From: a virus
Direction: 5' to 3' (one strand)
IMG/VR virus record: IMGVR_UViG_2974548309_000001
Location: 1 to 64,000 of that record
DNA length: 64,000 bases
Under the pieces are notes generated by a model, which searched no databases, was not told where the DNA came from, and worked only from the letters and a program-made list of their open reading frames with translations. The position numbers and the translations under genes are program-made. Positions 1 through 7,509 of the stretch are shown here, in pieces (the first letter of the stretch is position 1; every line of letters begins with the position of its first letter).

Positions 1-56
1 ACTTCACACAAATAATTTTTAACTAAAGTACCCCCCCCCCCATACTTCACACAATC

Positions 57-73
57 TAGAGTCTTCGACTCTA
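57..73 (+). promoter_or_regulatory. Hairpin (7-bp stem tagagtc/gactcta, 3-nt loop ttc) followed by cTGGAG; candidate N4-type vRNAP early promoter hairpin (template-strand loop GAA)
   Basis: Perfect inverted repeat with a 3-nt loop read directly from the sequence. Four more hairpins with the same architecture and downstream TGGA lie upstream of early genes. N4 vRNAP promoters are known to be 5-7 bp stem / 3-nt loop hairpins. Confidence 0.45.
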
Positions 74-174
74 CTGGAGTAATGCATCCATGTCTGCTTA
101 CTCGTATGAGCTATATGCCATATATTTGACATGGTCTGCCTATGGATACATAGGCTCCTTTAAATTGTCTGGAG

Positions 175-519
175 ATGTGTATGAAACTTGTAAACTCTAT
201 TGGTATCTTTCGTGCTGTGTCTTCTTCAACTGTATCTGCTCTCAATGCTATTGAGCGTGGTGCAGTAGCTGTAGCTAATACTGCAAATATGGCAGTAGCC
301 TTAACCGAATGGGGTAACGATGAGATTGAGAATCTCCGTCATCACCGTGCTATCAAGCGTGAGGTAGAAGGTGAAATCTTCCGTACCAAATACGTTATGG
401 AAGCAGCTAAAGAAGTGGCAGAGGTACATGCAGAAGCAACCAAAGCTATGGCTAATGCAGACCCGGATGTTAAAGCTGTGTTCGATGAACTGGTAGCTAA
501 GCACCTCAAAGCCAAATAA
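175..519 (+). CDS. Hypothetical early protein (114 aa; start may be Met-3 at 181)
   Basis: Intact ORF in the rightward early block, followed by a terminator-like hairpin. Confidence 0.5.
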   Translation: MCMKLVNSIGIFRAVSSSTVSALNAIERGAVAVANTANMAVALTEWGNDEIENLRHHRAIKREVEGEIFRTKYVMEAAKEVAEVHAEATKAMANADPDVKAVFDELVAKHLKAK

Positions 520-525
520 CCGTAT

Positions 526-555
526 GCCTACTCTTCGGAGTAGGCTTTAAAAATT
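526..555 (+). terminator. Hairpin gcctactc-ttcg-gagtaggc followed by tttaaaaatt; probable intrinsic terminator
   Basis: 8-bp stem with a UUCG tetraloop, directly after the 175..519 stop. Confidence 0.4.
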
Positions 556-843
556 AAAAGCAGAACAGGAACAAAAACAAAAACAAGGTCACACATCAAA
601 AACAAGAACACACATAGGGCCTAAGATAGATAGTAAGTAAGCACTCTGGAGTGTTCACACAACACAATCTGGCAGGTAAGTACTGTATACATATACACTG
701 TATATAGATACATATCGATTCTGAAGCCTGTACGGTACCTAGGAGAAGAGCTAGGGAAAGGTAATAGGGTAGGATACCTGAACCTATTTAAATTGATTCT
801 AGATACCTTACAAGCCTTATACATCACCGAGAAACTACCTCTT

Positions 844-856
844 GTACCTTCGGTAC
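844..856 (+). promoter_or_regulatory. Hairpin gtacc-ttc-ggtac followed by tcgTGGAT; candidate vRNAP early promoter
   Basis: 5-bp stem with a 3-nt ttc loop, about 30 nt upstream of the ORF at 886. Same architecture as 57..73. Confidence 0.4.
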
Positions 857-885
857 TCGTGGATGAATAAGCCAGAGGCACTCAA

Positions 886-1197
886 ATGGGAATCATCAGA
901 CCTATCATTGGTTCAATTCCAGAACCATCAACCCGAGTAGTCAACAAGTACAAGGAGCCATACGATGTCTATATCGGCAGAGGTAGTGTATGGGGAAATC
1001 CTTATACAGTTCAAGCATATGGCAGAGAATTATGCATTGCAATGTACGAGCAGTACATACGTCAGAGACTACATCAGGAACCTGACCTATATCTACAATT
1101 ACTTGAGCTTAAAGGTAAGACATTAGGCTGTTTCTGTAAGCCTAAAGCATGTCATGGAGACATACTTATCAAGCTCATAGAAGAGTATTCAAACTAA
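886..1197 (+). CDS. Small early protein with a 'YIGRGSVWGNPY' motif, possibly DUF4326-like
   Basis: Intact 103-aa ORF. The R-x-S-x-WGNP(F/Y) motif is recalled from the DUF4326 family (recalled from memory, unverified). Confidence 0.45.
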   Translation: MGIIRPIIGSIPEPSTRVVNKYKEPYDVYIGRGSVWGNPYTVQAYGRELCIAMYEQYIRQRLHQEPDLYLQLLELKGKTLGCFCKPKACHGDILIKLIEEYSN

Positions 1198-1544
1198 TAC
1201 TCTAACTATCCCAATTCCAGTCAAACATACCATAGACCACTTAGAGACTATCTGGGTGGTCAGGAGAACTAATGTGCATACATTCAAATTCTATTTCTTA
1301 GATGGCTCAGTTGAGCAAGGCAAGGGTACATCTGTATCAGATGCATTCACAAAATTAGGTTATGGAGCAGGTGCTATTGCTTCATTAGATTACTATGAGC
1401 AACTCAATTAGAGAGAGCTAGTATGCTCAGTCAAATAACAGTATTGGAGTGTGTTCAAATTGAATGGGAGAAATATAACTATCTGCCATTCATTGACCGT
1501 TACAAACTAGTCTCACTTATCAAAAGAATACTGGAGAACTAATT

Positions 1545-1943
1545 ATGTCATACAAAGTTGTTAAATCATGGGTTACTGAAGCTGGTCTGAATGCATGTGT
1601 ACTGCTGGTCAATGATGGTTCACATCATTGTGGTTACGTAGAAGTTCCAGCAGCCATTGAGAACAAAAGGTTCGATGGGCATGGAGACGATGATGTATAC
1701 ATCACAGCACATGGAGGTATCACCTATCAGGGAATACCAGACTGGTCTAACGGTAAGACTGTCATCGGCTTTGACTGTGCTCATGCAGGTGACAGGATGA
1801 AATGCCCGGAGAAGTTCAAAGGTACAGTTATGGAGCACTCATTCATCTACACAGATGGAATCTGGAGAGATGAGGAGTACTGTGCTGATGAGTGTGAAGC
1901 TATTGCTGAACAGTTAATTAACTTAGTGCCAAAGGTGAATTAA
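1545..1943 (+). CDS. Hypothetical early protein (132 aa)
   Basis: ORF with GGAG-like RBS context; no recognisable motif. Confidence 0.5.
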   Translation: MSYKVVKSWVTEAGLNACVLLVNDGSHHCGYVEVPAAIENKRFDGHGDDDVYITAHGGITYQGIPDWSNGKTVIGFDCAHAGDRMKCPEKFKGTVMEHSFIYTDGIWRDEEYCADECEAIAEQLINLVPKVN

Positions 1944-2048
1944 ATGGATATCTGGTATACAGAGTTATTCTGGTCTTTGATTGGTGCCATTGTAGGTGGC
2001 ATCACTGTCTATTTAGCTATCAAATATGGGGATAACCATGATGCGTAA
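1944..2048 (+). CDS. Possible small hydrophobic peptide (34 aa, MDIWYTELFWSLIGAIVGGITVYLAIKYG...)
   Basis: Short ORF absent from the ORF track; it contains a single predicted TM helix. Speculative. Confidence 0.2.
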   Translation: MDIWYTELFWSLIGAIVGGITVYLAIKYGDNHDA

Positions 2049-2165
2049 ATCATTAATCCAGGGTACCAAAGCAGACGTAGCTCGCATGAAGAAGAGAGAG
2101 CTGGCTAAGCAGACAACACGTAGTGATAACTGCGCTCCTCGTCGTATTGTTACGTTTAATCATCC

Positions 2166-2543
2166 ATGTATTCAGGAGGTCTCTTGAAAGTAATCGTAGC
2201 CGGTGGAAGGGACTTCACCGACATGGTGTACATGGACTCATGCATCAAGCAATTAGTCATGGATGGCAGCATCTCTGATAATTCAGAACTGGTGTGTGGC
2301 ATGGCTCGTGGTGCTGATATCACAGGGTTTAACCTTTGGTACTATCACTACAAGCTACCTATCCATAAGTTCTACGCTGACTGGAAGTCAGAGCCTAGAC
2401 GTGCAGGATTCATTCGCAATGAAGACATGGGTGATGTGGCTGATGTGCTGGTAGCATTCTGGGATGGTGAATCCCGTGGTACTAAGCACATGATTGACTA
2501 CATGACCAAGCTGGGCAAACCAGTCTTTATCTTCAAGTATTAA
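2166..2543 (+). CDS. SLOG / DUF2493 (YspA-like Rossmann) family protein; likely true start is TTG at 2184 after AGGAGG
   Basis: Motifs 'VIVAGGRDF' and 'VCGMARGADITG' resemble the SLOG/DprA-LOG glycine-rich loops. Confidence 0.5.
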   Translation: MYSGGLLKVIVAGGRDFTDMVYMDSCIKQLVMDGSISDNSELVCGMARGADITGFNLWYYHYKLPIHKFYADWKSEPRRAGFIRNEDMGDVADVLVAFWDGESRGTKHMIDYMTKLGKPVFIFKY

Positions 2544-2550
2544 TCTTCAT

Positions 2551-2567
2551 CACCGTCTTCGACGGTG
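2551..2567 (+). promoter_or_regulatory. Hairpin caccgtc-ttc-gacggtg followed by gTGGAG; candidate vRNAP promoter
   Basis: 7-bp stem, ttc loop, TGGA 2 nt downstream. Confidence 0.4.
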
Positions 2568-2604
2568 GTGGAGTTCTCCCTTAAGTTCTCCTTTCCCCTG
2601 TAAG

Positions 2605-2619
2605 AGCGACTTCGTCGCT
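2605..2619 (+). promoter_or_regulatory. Hairpin agcgac-ttc-gtcgct followed by ggTGGAA; candidate vRNAP promoter (second of a tandem pair)
   Basis: 6-bp stem, ttc loop; 43 nt upstream of the ATG at 2662. Confidence 0.4.
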
Positions 2620-2661
2620 GGTGGAATAATCCAAAAACCATTAACTATCGAGGTAATTATC

Positions 2662-3093
2662 ATGGCTACTATCAACAACTCTAACGAAGCTCGTTCTATC
2701 ATCGGCGCAGCGCTGGGTGGTAAGGGTAACGGAAATCGTCAGCAGTCCGGCGACCGTCCGCAAGCTGAATTCTTCATCAACATCGGCGTAACCGTTCCGA
2801 TGCCTGATGAAAACGGGGATATGGTGGATACCTTCCTGTCTCTGCCGTATGGCCTGCCGCTGGATACCATGAGCGAGCTGGTTATCCGTGGTAACAACGA
2901 GGTCTGGAACAATCAGGCCGCTGCCCGTAATGAGCTGCTGAAAGCTCTGGTGAAAATGGGTAGCGAGCTGGAAGCGGGTAGCGGTCAGGAGCTGCCGAAA
3001 TTGCAGGTTCAGCTCTATCGCCGTAAAGAGCAGACCGAGCATACCGCATCCACCAGCGCGGTCAGTGCCATCCTGAATGCACTGTCGTCGTAA
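2662..3093 (+). CDS. Hypothetical early protein (143 aa) with host-like, GC-rich codon usage
   Basis: Intact ORF whose GC content is sharply above that of its neighbours. It is flanked by tandem hairpin promoters upstream and a strong terminator downstream. Confidence 0.6.
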   Translation: MATINNSNEARSIIGAALGGKGNGNRQQSGDRPQAEFFINIGVTVPMPDENGDMVDTFLSLPYGLPLDTMSELVIRGNNEVWNNQAAARNELLKALVKMGSELEAGSGQELPKLQVQLYRRKEQTEHTASTSAVSAILNALSS

Positions 3094-3101
3094 TCAGTAA
3101 T

Positions 3102-3129
3102 GGGAACCTTCGGGTTCCCTTTATTTTTT
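3102..3129 (+). terminator. Intrinsic terminator gggaacc-ttcg-ggttccc + tttatttttt
   Basis: Perfect 7-bp GC-rich stem, UUCG loop and a T-run. Confidence 0.7.
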
Positions 3130-3138
3130 GGAGGGGAT

Positions 3139-3321
3139 ATGCGTCTATTAGCAGTGTTTCTACTGTTTATGGTTTGTTTCGGCAAGATAACAATAACCAT
3201 TGTTGATGAAGATACAGTGCAATACCGGCATCAAATGAAATGTGTCAAAGAGAAGATTGCCAACGGAATTCCTCGTAGTGCAATCAAGTTAACTACTGAT
3301 TCATGTGAGGTCATCAAATGA
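3139..3321 (+). CDS. Small hydrophobic protein (60 aa, MRLLAVFLLFMVCFGK...)
   Basis: ATG 9 nt after GGAGG, immediately downstream of the terminator. It corresponds to the 3' part of track ORF 3100..3321. Confidence 0.4.
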   Translation: MRLLAVFLLFMVCFGKITITIVDEDTVQYRHQMKCVKEKIANGIPRSAIKLTTDSCEVIK

Positions 3322-3485
3322 ATATATTCCTGTTGTTGCTGTTTATAGTGCTGCGCACGTTCACTGGGTTGTGTTGGTTTATAGCATCAGCGATATGGTT
3401 CCTGTTCTGTGTAATGATTGGGATTATATGCCTACCTCATTACATAGGTGTATTGGTCAGAACATTAAACAAGCCCTCGAAATGA
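3318..3485 (+). CDS. Small membrane peptide (55 aa, MNIFLLLLFIVLRTFTGLCWFIASAIWFLFCVMIGII...)
   Basis: ORF under the 60-aa track cutoff, ATGA-overlapped with the previous stop and strongly hydrophobic. Preferred over track ORF 3305..3745. Confidence 0.35.
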   Translation: MNIFLLLLFIVLRTFTGLCWFIASAIWFLFCVMIGIICLPHYIGVLVRTLNKPSK

Positions 3486-3514
3486 GGGCTTTAACATGCC
3501 GCTGGGAGATAGTC

Positions 3515-3745
3515 ATGAATAATGAACTACTTATATTTCTTAACGCCTTTGTAAGATCTAATACTTATAAGGGCAGATCGAAAATCTGTTCAACACTTCA
3601 ATCAGAAGCTGAAAACTGTCAAGGAGCTTCATGTAGTGAATGTATCATAATGACTCAACATATATTTGAATATGAATATCCAATAGTAATTATAAATGTG
3701 AGTCAGGCAATTAATCCTAAAGGATGGGATATTAATGAATCCTGA
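3515..3745 (+). CDS. MNxELIxIL-family small Cys-rich protein (member 1; MNNELLIFLNAF...CQGASCSEC)
   Basis: Internal Met of track ORF 3305..3745. It shares the N-terminal motif with six other small ORFs. Confidence 0.45.
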   Translation: MNNELLIFLNAFVRSNTYKGRSKICSTLQSEAENCQGASCSECIIMTQHIFEYEYPIVIINVSQAINPKGWDINES

Positions 3746-3959
3746 ATTAATAGAAATATTCAGAGCCATGAGATTAAAAACCTCATCTCTAATGGCACAT
3801 GATATAGGTCCATTAGATTTTATTTGTGAGTGTATAGAATTTAATGCATTAGATTGGTGTGGAATAAAAGGGGGATGTGACCATTGTCTTTTAGGTACTA
3901 AAGAAGTATTTGGATATTCCAATCAAATAATAGTTACTAATAAAAGACTATATAAATAG
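3735..3959 (+). CDS. MNxELIxIL-family small Cys-rich protein (member 2; MNPELIEIFRAM...)
   Basis: ORF carrying the shared N-terminal motif and Cys pairs (CECIE...CDHC). Confidence 0.5.
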   Translation: MNPELIEIFRAMRLKTSSLMAHDIGPLDFICECIEFNALDWCGIKGGCDHCLLGTKEVFGYSNQIIVTNKRLYK

Positions 3960-4003
3960 GACTATCGATATTGGTAGTCCAATATCAATGTCTTGTTAGA
4001 TAG

Positions 4004-4270
4004 TTGTCAATCCAAGAGGATATCAATATGTCAAAGAAAGTAAAAGAAACTAGTAAAGTAGGAACTGTTAATCTGGGGTATGTTCCTGAATATACAGTGA
4101 CTTACAGTCGTGAAGAGAAGATATGGGGTGTCCATATTAATGGTACATCGGTATATATTCTCAAGCGTCCTGTTAATAAAAAGAACATGTACTATGTTGG
4201 TACACGTTATTTCAAAACTCTAAGGGATGCTATTTTCAGTGTAGTCATTGGAAGTACTATGCCCTTCTAA
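4004..4270 (+). CDS. Hypothetical protein (88 aa)
   Basis: Intact ORF. Confidence 0.45.
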   Translation: MSIQEDINMSKKVKETSKVGTVNLGYVPEYTVTYSREEKIWGVHINGTSVYILKRPVNKKNMYYVGTRYFKTLRDAIFSVVIGSTMPF

Positions 4271-4279
4271 GGGGTATGT

Positions 4280-4450
4280 ATGAACCAAGAATTAATTATT
4301 ATTCTCTCATCCATTTTGGATAAACATCTTTGCTTTAAATTTAAAGCTATAAATTGTGCTGGAATATCATGTCGTAATTGTTGTATTGATAAAAAGCAAA
4401 TTGATAATTACGTATACCAACTAATTCAATTTGGAGAGAGAATACTATGA
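4280..4450 (+). CDS. MNxELIxIL-family small Cys-rich protein (member 3; MNQELIIILSSI...CRNCC...FGERIL)
   Basis: 56-aa ORF below the track cutoff, found by hand. Its stop overlaps the next start (ATGA) and its C-terminus 'GERIL' is shared with member 4. Confidence 0.45.
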   Translation: MNQELIIILSSILDKHLCFKFKAINCAGISCRNCCIDKKQIDNYVYQLIQFGERIL

Positions 4451-4632
4451 ATAAAGAATTGATAGTTATTCTTAGAGCTATTCGTAGTACAGAAAAACTA
4501 TGTCATGAGACTAAAGATTTATTTAGTTGTGATAGTGTTGAATGTGATTCCTGCCCTTTAATGAAAAAAGTATTTACCTCAGAAAAATTTTATATAACTA
4601 AATTTCTTGAATTAGGTGAAAGAATACTATGA
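4447..4632 (+). CDS. MNxELIxIL-family small Cys-rich protein (member 4; MNKELIVILRAI...CDSVECDSCP...LGERIL)
   Basis: ORF with ATGA overlaps at both ends. Confidence 0.5.
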   Translation: MNKELIVILRAIRSTEKLCHETKDLFSCDSVECDSCPLMKKVFTSEKFYITKFLELGERIL

Positions 4633-4859
4633 ATAGGGAACTAATTAAAATAATAGAATCTCTATGTAATAGAGTTGAATATACTTCAAGCTCAGGAATT
4701 ATATTCATCGAAAGTAAACCTGAATTATGTAGGCTTATGAGATTACATAGAATCCCTAAATGCTCAGGTGTTCAATGTGATAATTGCTACTTTACCAGAA
4801 AAGATTTAACTGAAAATATCTATATATTCTGCCTTCATAAAGTTATTCAGACGTTCTAG
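4629..4859 (+). CDS. MNxELIxIL-family small Cys-rich protein (member 5; MNRELIKIIESL...CSGVQCDNC)
   Basis: ORF carrying the shared N-terminal motif. Confidence 0.5.
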   Translation: MNRELIKIIESLCNRVEYTSSSGIIFIESKPELCRLMRLHRIPKCSGVQCDNCYFTRKDLTENIYIFCLHKVIQTF

Positions 4860-4880
4860 TTTTCCTGTCGCTTCGCTCCT

Positions 4881-4893
4881 CAGCCTTCGGCTG
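4881..4893 (+). promoter_or_regulatory. Hairpin cagcc-ttc-ggctg followed by tagTGGGT; candidate vRNAP promoter upstream of the macro-domain gene
   Basis: 5-bp stem with a ttc loop, the same class as 57..73. Confidence 0.35.
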
Positions 4894-4925
4894 TAGTGGG
4901 TAGAATTCAACAATCAGAGGTAAAA

Positions 4926-5429
4926 ATGAGAGAGGCAAAGGGCAATATCCTTGAGATGGATTGTGATGCTGTATGCATTACGACCAATGGATTTGTAAAA
5001 AGTAATAGTGCTGCTGTAATGGGTGCAGGTATTGCCAAGCAAATGCGTATGGTAGTTCCAGGCTTAGATAAAGTGCTGGGACTTAAGATTGCGCAGGAAG
5101 GTAATAATGTACATGCATTACTGACTCACAATGGTATCTGGGTAGTATCATTTCCAGTTAAACCAATCACTGAAATCAGTGATGGTACAAACTTTGTTAA
5201 GCATAAGTTCTTCCCGGAAGGTCAGACAATTCCAGGCTGGGCATGTAAAGCTAAAATCGATTTGATTGAGCGTTCATGCAAACAGTTGGTTCAACTTGCT
5301 AATCAATATGGTTGGCAGAAAGTTGTATTGCCTCGACCGGGATGTGGTGCTGGTGAACTACAGTGGAGAGACGTTAAGAAACGTATCGAACCATTGTTAG
5401 ATGACAGGTTTGTTGTTTGCACCTATTGA
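4926..5429 (+). CDS. Macro-domain (ADP-ribose binding/processing) protein
   Basis: 'GNILEMDCDAVCITTNG...GAGIAKQ' matches the macro-domain 'GDIT..DAIVNAAN..GGGV..AI' core. A downstream 'PRPGCGAGEL' matches the second glycine-rich loop. GAGG RBS 6 nt upstream. Confidence 0.6.
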   Translation: MREAKGNILEMDCDAVCITTNGFVKSNSAAVMGAGIAKQMRMVVPGLDKVLGLKIAQEGNNVHALLTHNGIWVVSFPVKPITEISDGTNFVKHKFFPEGQTIPGWACKAKIDLIERSCKQLVQLANQYGWQKVVLPRPGCGAGELQWRDVKKRIEPLLDDRFVVCTY

Positions 5430-5436
5430 GGTGTTT

Positions 5437-5643
5437 ATGAATCAAGAACTGATATTTATTTTAAATGCAATACATGAAACCCCGGATGAAAGAGCAGGAA
5501 AAGGAAAAGACATATTGTGCAGATGTGTATATTGCACAGATATATTATGTAAATGTTGTCCATTTGATGCTCAGCTATTAGAACTATCTCCCGACGAACA
5601 TTTCGTCGCTCAAATCCATAAATCAATGGAAGCCATATCATGA
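5437..5643 (+). CDS. MNxELIxIL-family small Cys-rich protein (member 6; MNQELIFILNAI...CRCVYCTDILCKCC)
   Basis: Internal Met of track ORF 5401..5643; carries the shared motif. Confidence 0.5.
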   Translation: MNQELIFILNAIHETPDERAGKGKDILCRCVYCTDILCKCCPFDAQLLELSPDEHFVAQIHKSMEAIS

Positions 5644-6152
5644 ATTACGATACTCAACTCCTCATTGATGATTTCAAGCATCATTTCAAATACCAACCTG
5701 ATGGGACGTTGATTCGGCAGAACAATCGCAGAAATGACTTAAATGGACAGGTAGCAGGAACCTTAACCAAGAAGGGATATGTTCAAATATCCTTTAAGGG
5801 GAAGTTCTATTATGCTCATCAAATAATCTGGGCAATCCACCACAACGAATTTGTGAAACAGATTGACCATATTGACCGTGTTAAACATCACAACTGGATT
5901 GAGAATTTACGCAAAGCTACAGCACAAACCAATGCTTATAACAAACAAGGTTCAGCCCGTGGTGGTAGTAAGTTTAAAGGCGTCTATTGGGCACCTCATG
6001 CCAAAAAGTTTGTAGCAAGAATTACAGTCAATAAACAGGTCAAGCATCTAGGGTATTTCGACGATGAGTACAAAGCTGCTGAAGCCTATAACAAAGCTGC
6101 TGCGATTCATCATAAACAATTCGCCTGTACGGAGCTGTCCAATGAGCAATAG
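5640..6152 (+). CDS. HNH homing endonuclease with C-terminal AP2 DNA-binding domain
   Basis: 'IDHIDRVKHHNWIENLR' is an HNH core. 'GVYWAPHAKKFVARI...LGYFDDEYKAAEAYNKAA' is AP2-like. Confidence 0.7.
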   Translation: MNYDTQLLIDDFKHHFKYQPDGTLIRQNNRRNDLNGQVAGTLTKKGYVQISFKGKFYYAHQIIWAIHHNEFVKQIDHIDRVKHHNWIENLRKATAQTNAYNKQGSARGGSKFKGVYWAPHAKKFVARITVNKQVKHLGYFDDEYKAAEAYNKAAAIHHKQFACTELSNEQ

Positions 6153-7071
6153 CTACGAAACTCAACGTTTAATAGAAATGATGTTTAGCAAGCACCAAGC
6201 TCGTGACCTCATAAGAAAAGAATTAAAAGAGTCACCAGATATTATGGAGCTAGTTAATAAGGCAGTAGAGAAAGCCAAAGAATGGCAGATGGGTGATTAC
6301 TTTGAAAGTAAGAATCGTCGATTAGCTATTCTGGATTCAGATATATTTGAAGATTTTTATATCGATGTAGCTGGTTCATTAGCTCAATTCGGTGTAGCCA
6401 AATACACTCAGATAGTTGGTATGGTTTCAGGCATGATTAAAAACATGTCTCAAAAAGAAGCCATACGAACTGCTGGAGAACTTATTGGTTTAGCAGCAAT
6501 CGTAGATTTGGTAGATGTAATACCAGCCAAGCTCAGTAACACTGGTTCAATGGAATTGGTTAGTCGTATCCAGCTTGAACCAAAAACTCTCAAACTCATC
6601 AATCAGTATCAGTACCTTCCTCCAATGGTAGTCCCACCAAGACCTGTTAAAGATAACAAAGGTAGTGGGTATCTATCTATTGAATGGGATTCTCTAATCC
6701 TGAAGAACAATCATCATGAACTGGATATCTGTCTGGATAATATCAACAGATTTAATTCAGTAGCGTTTGCACTGGATGACCGTGTTATCCGAAATATCCG
6801 TGATAACCGTAAGCATCTGGACTCGCCCAAGAGTGAGGAAACTCATGATGAATGGCAAGCACGAGTGGAGTCGTTCCTGAAAATGGAACGTGAATCCATG
6901 AAGGTATTTGCCATGTTAATTAACGAAGGAAACAGGTTCTATCTGACTCACAAGTATGACAAACGTGGTCGTACTTATTGTCAGGGGTACCATGTGTCCT
7001 ATCAGGGTAATACTTATCGTAAAGCCATACTTCAGTTGGCTGATAAAGAACTCGTTCCAGTGGAGGAATAA
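6142..7071 (+). CDS. N4-type RNA polymerase II, small subunit (T7-like RNAP N-terminal-equivalent fragment)
   Basis: Lies immediately upstream of the catalytic T7-like fragment. The chosen start is the ATG overlapping the HNH stop. Assignment is from N4 gene order. Confidence 0.5.
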   Translation: MSNSYETQRLIEMMFSKHQARDLIRKELKESPDIMELVNKAVEKAKEWQMGDYFESKNRRLAILDSDIFEDFYIDVAGSLAQFGVAKYTQIVGMVSGMIKNMSQKEAIRTAGELIGLAAIVDLVDVIPAKLSNTGSMELVSRIQLEPKTLKLINQYQYLPPMVVPPRPVKDNKGSGYLSIEWDSLILKNNHHELDICLDNINRFNSVAFALDDRVIRNIRDNRKHLDSPKSEETHDEWQARVESFLKMERESMKVFAMLINEGNRFYLTHKYDKRGRTYCQGYHVSYQGNTYRKAILQLADKELVPVEE

Positions 7072-7307
7072 TGGCTGAATTATCTAAACCAGAACAACTC
7101 ATCAAAATCACTTTGTTGTTACGTGATATCCCGGATGAGTTGGAAACTCACTTCTGTAGTACCCATCCTGCATGTGAAAAGTTCTGTGGTGAGTCTCACG
7201 ACAAAACTAAATGTGCATTGTTCTATATGTCAAAGGATGAAATTAAACAGACCATCTTTGGTCTGGATTCAGCAGGGAGGCTGCTGGGAATCATTCCTGA
7301 TGAATAA
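7071..7307 (+). CDS. Hypothetical protein (78 aa)
   Basis: Intact ORF between the two RNAP II subunit genes. Confidence 0.4.
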   Translation: MAELSKPEQLIKITLLLRDIPDELETHFCSTHPACEKFCGESHDKTKCALFYMSKDEIKQTIFGLDSAGRLLGIIPDE

Positions 7308-7509
7308 TAAACTTTTAATTATTTTGTCAGAATTAAGATATTGGGCTGTATCAAATAATACAGTAGCAGCTTGCAAAGGTAACTACCTTAATATAGCTGA
7401 TTGGGGTAAATGCGAATTCTTTTGCATGTATTGCTGGCTAGTACAGACCAAATCTAAGAAGTATTACGCAGATAAAATTATCCAAACTTTCTCTCAACTT
7501 AATAAGTGA
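7300..7509 (+). CDS. MNxELIxIL-family small Cys-rich protein (member 7; MNNKLLIILSEL...CEFFCMYC)
   Basis: Internal Met of track ORF 7123..7509, overlapping the upstream stop. Confidence 0.4.
   Translation: MNNKLLIILSELRYWAVSNNTVAACKGNYLNIADWGKCEFFCMYCWLVQTKSKKYYADKIIQTFSQLNK

Noticed and set aside
2641-3042. 133-aa − strand ORF
   Set aside because: Antisense artefact of the GC-rich 2662..3093 gene.
3305-3745. 146-aa track ORF
   Set aside because: It spans a hairpin and two better-supported smaller genes in other or the same frames (3318..3485 hydrophobic peptide; 3515..3745 family member). The first 70 residues have atypical composition.
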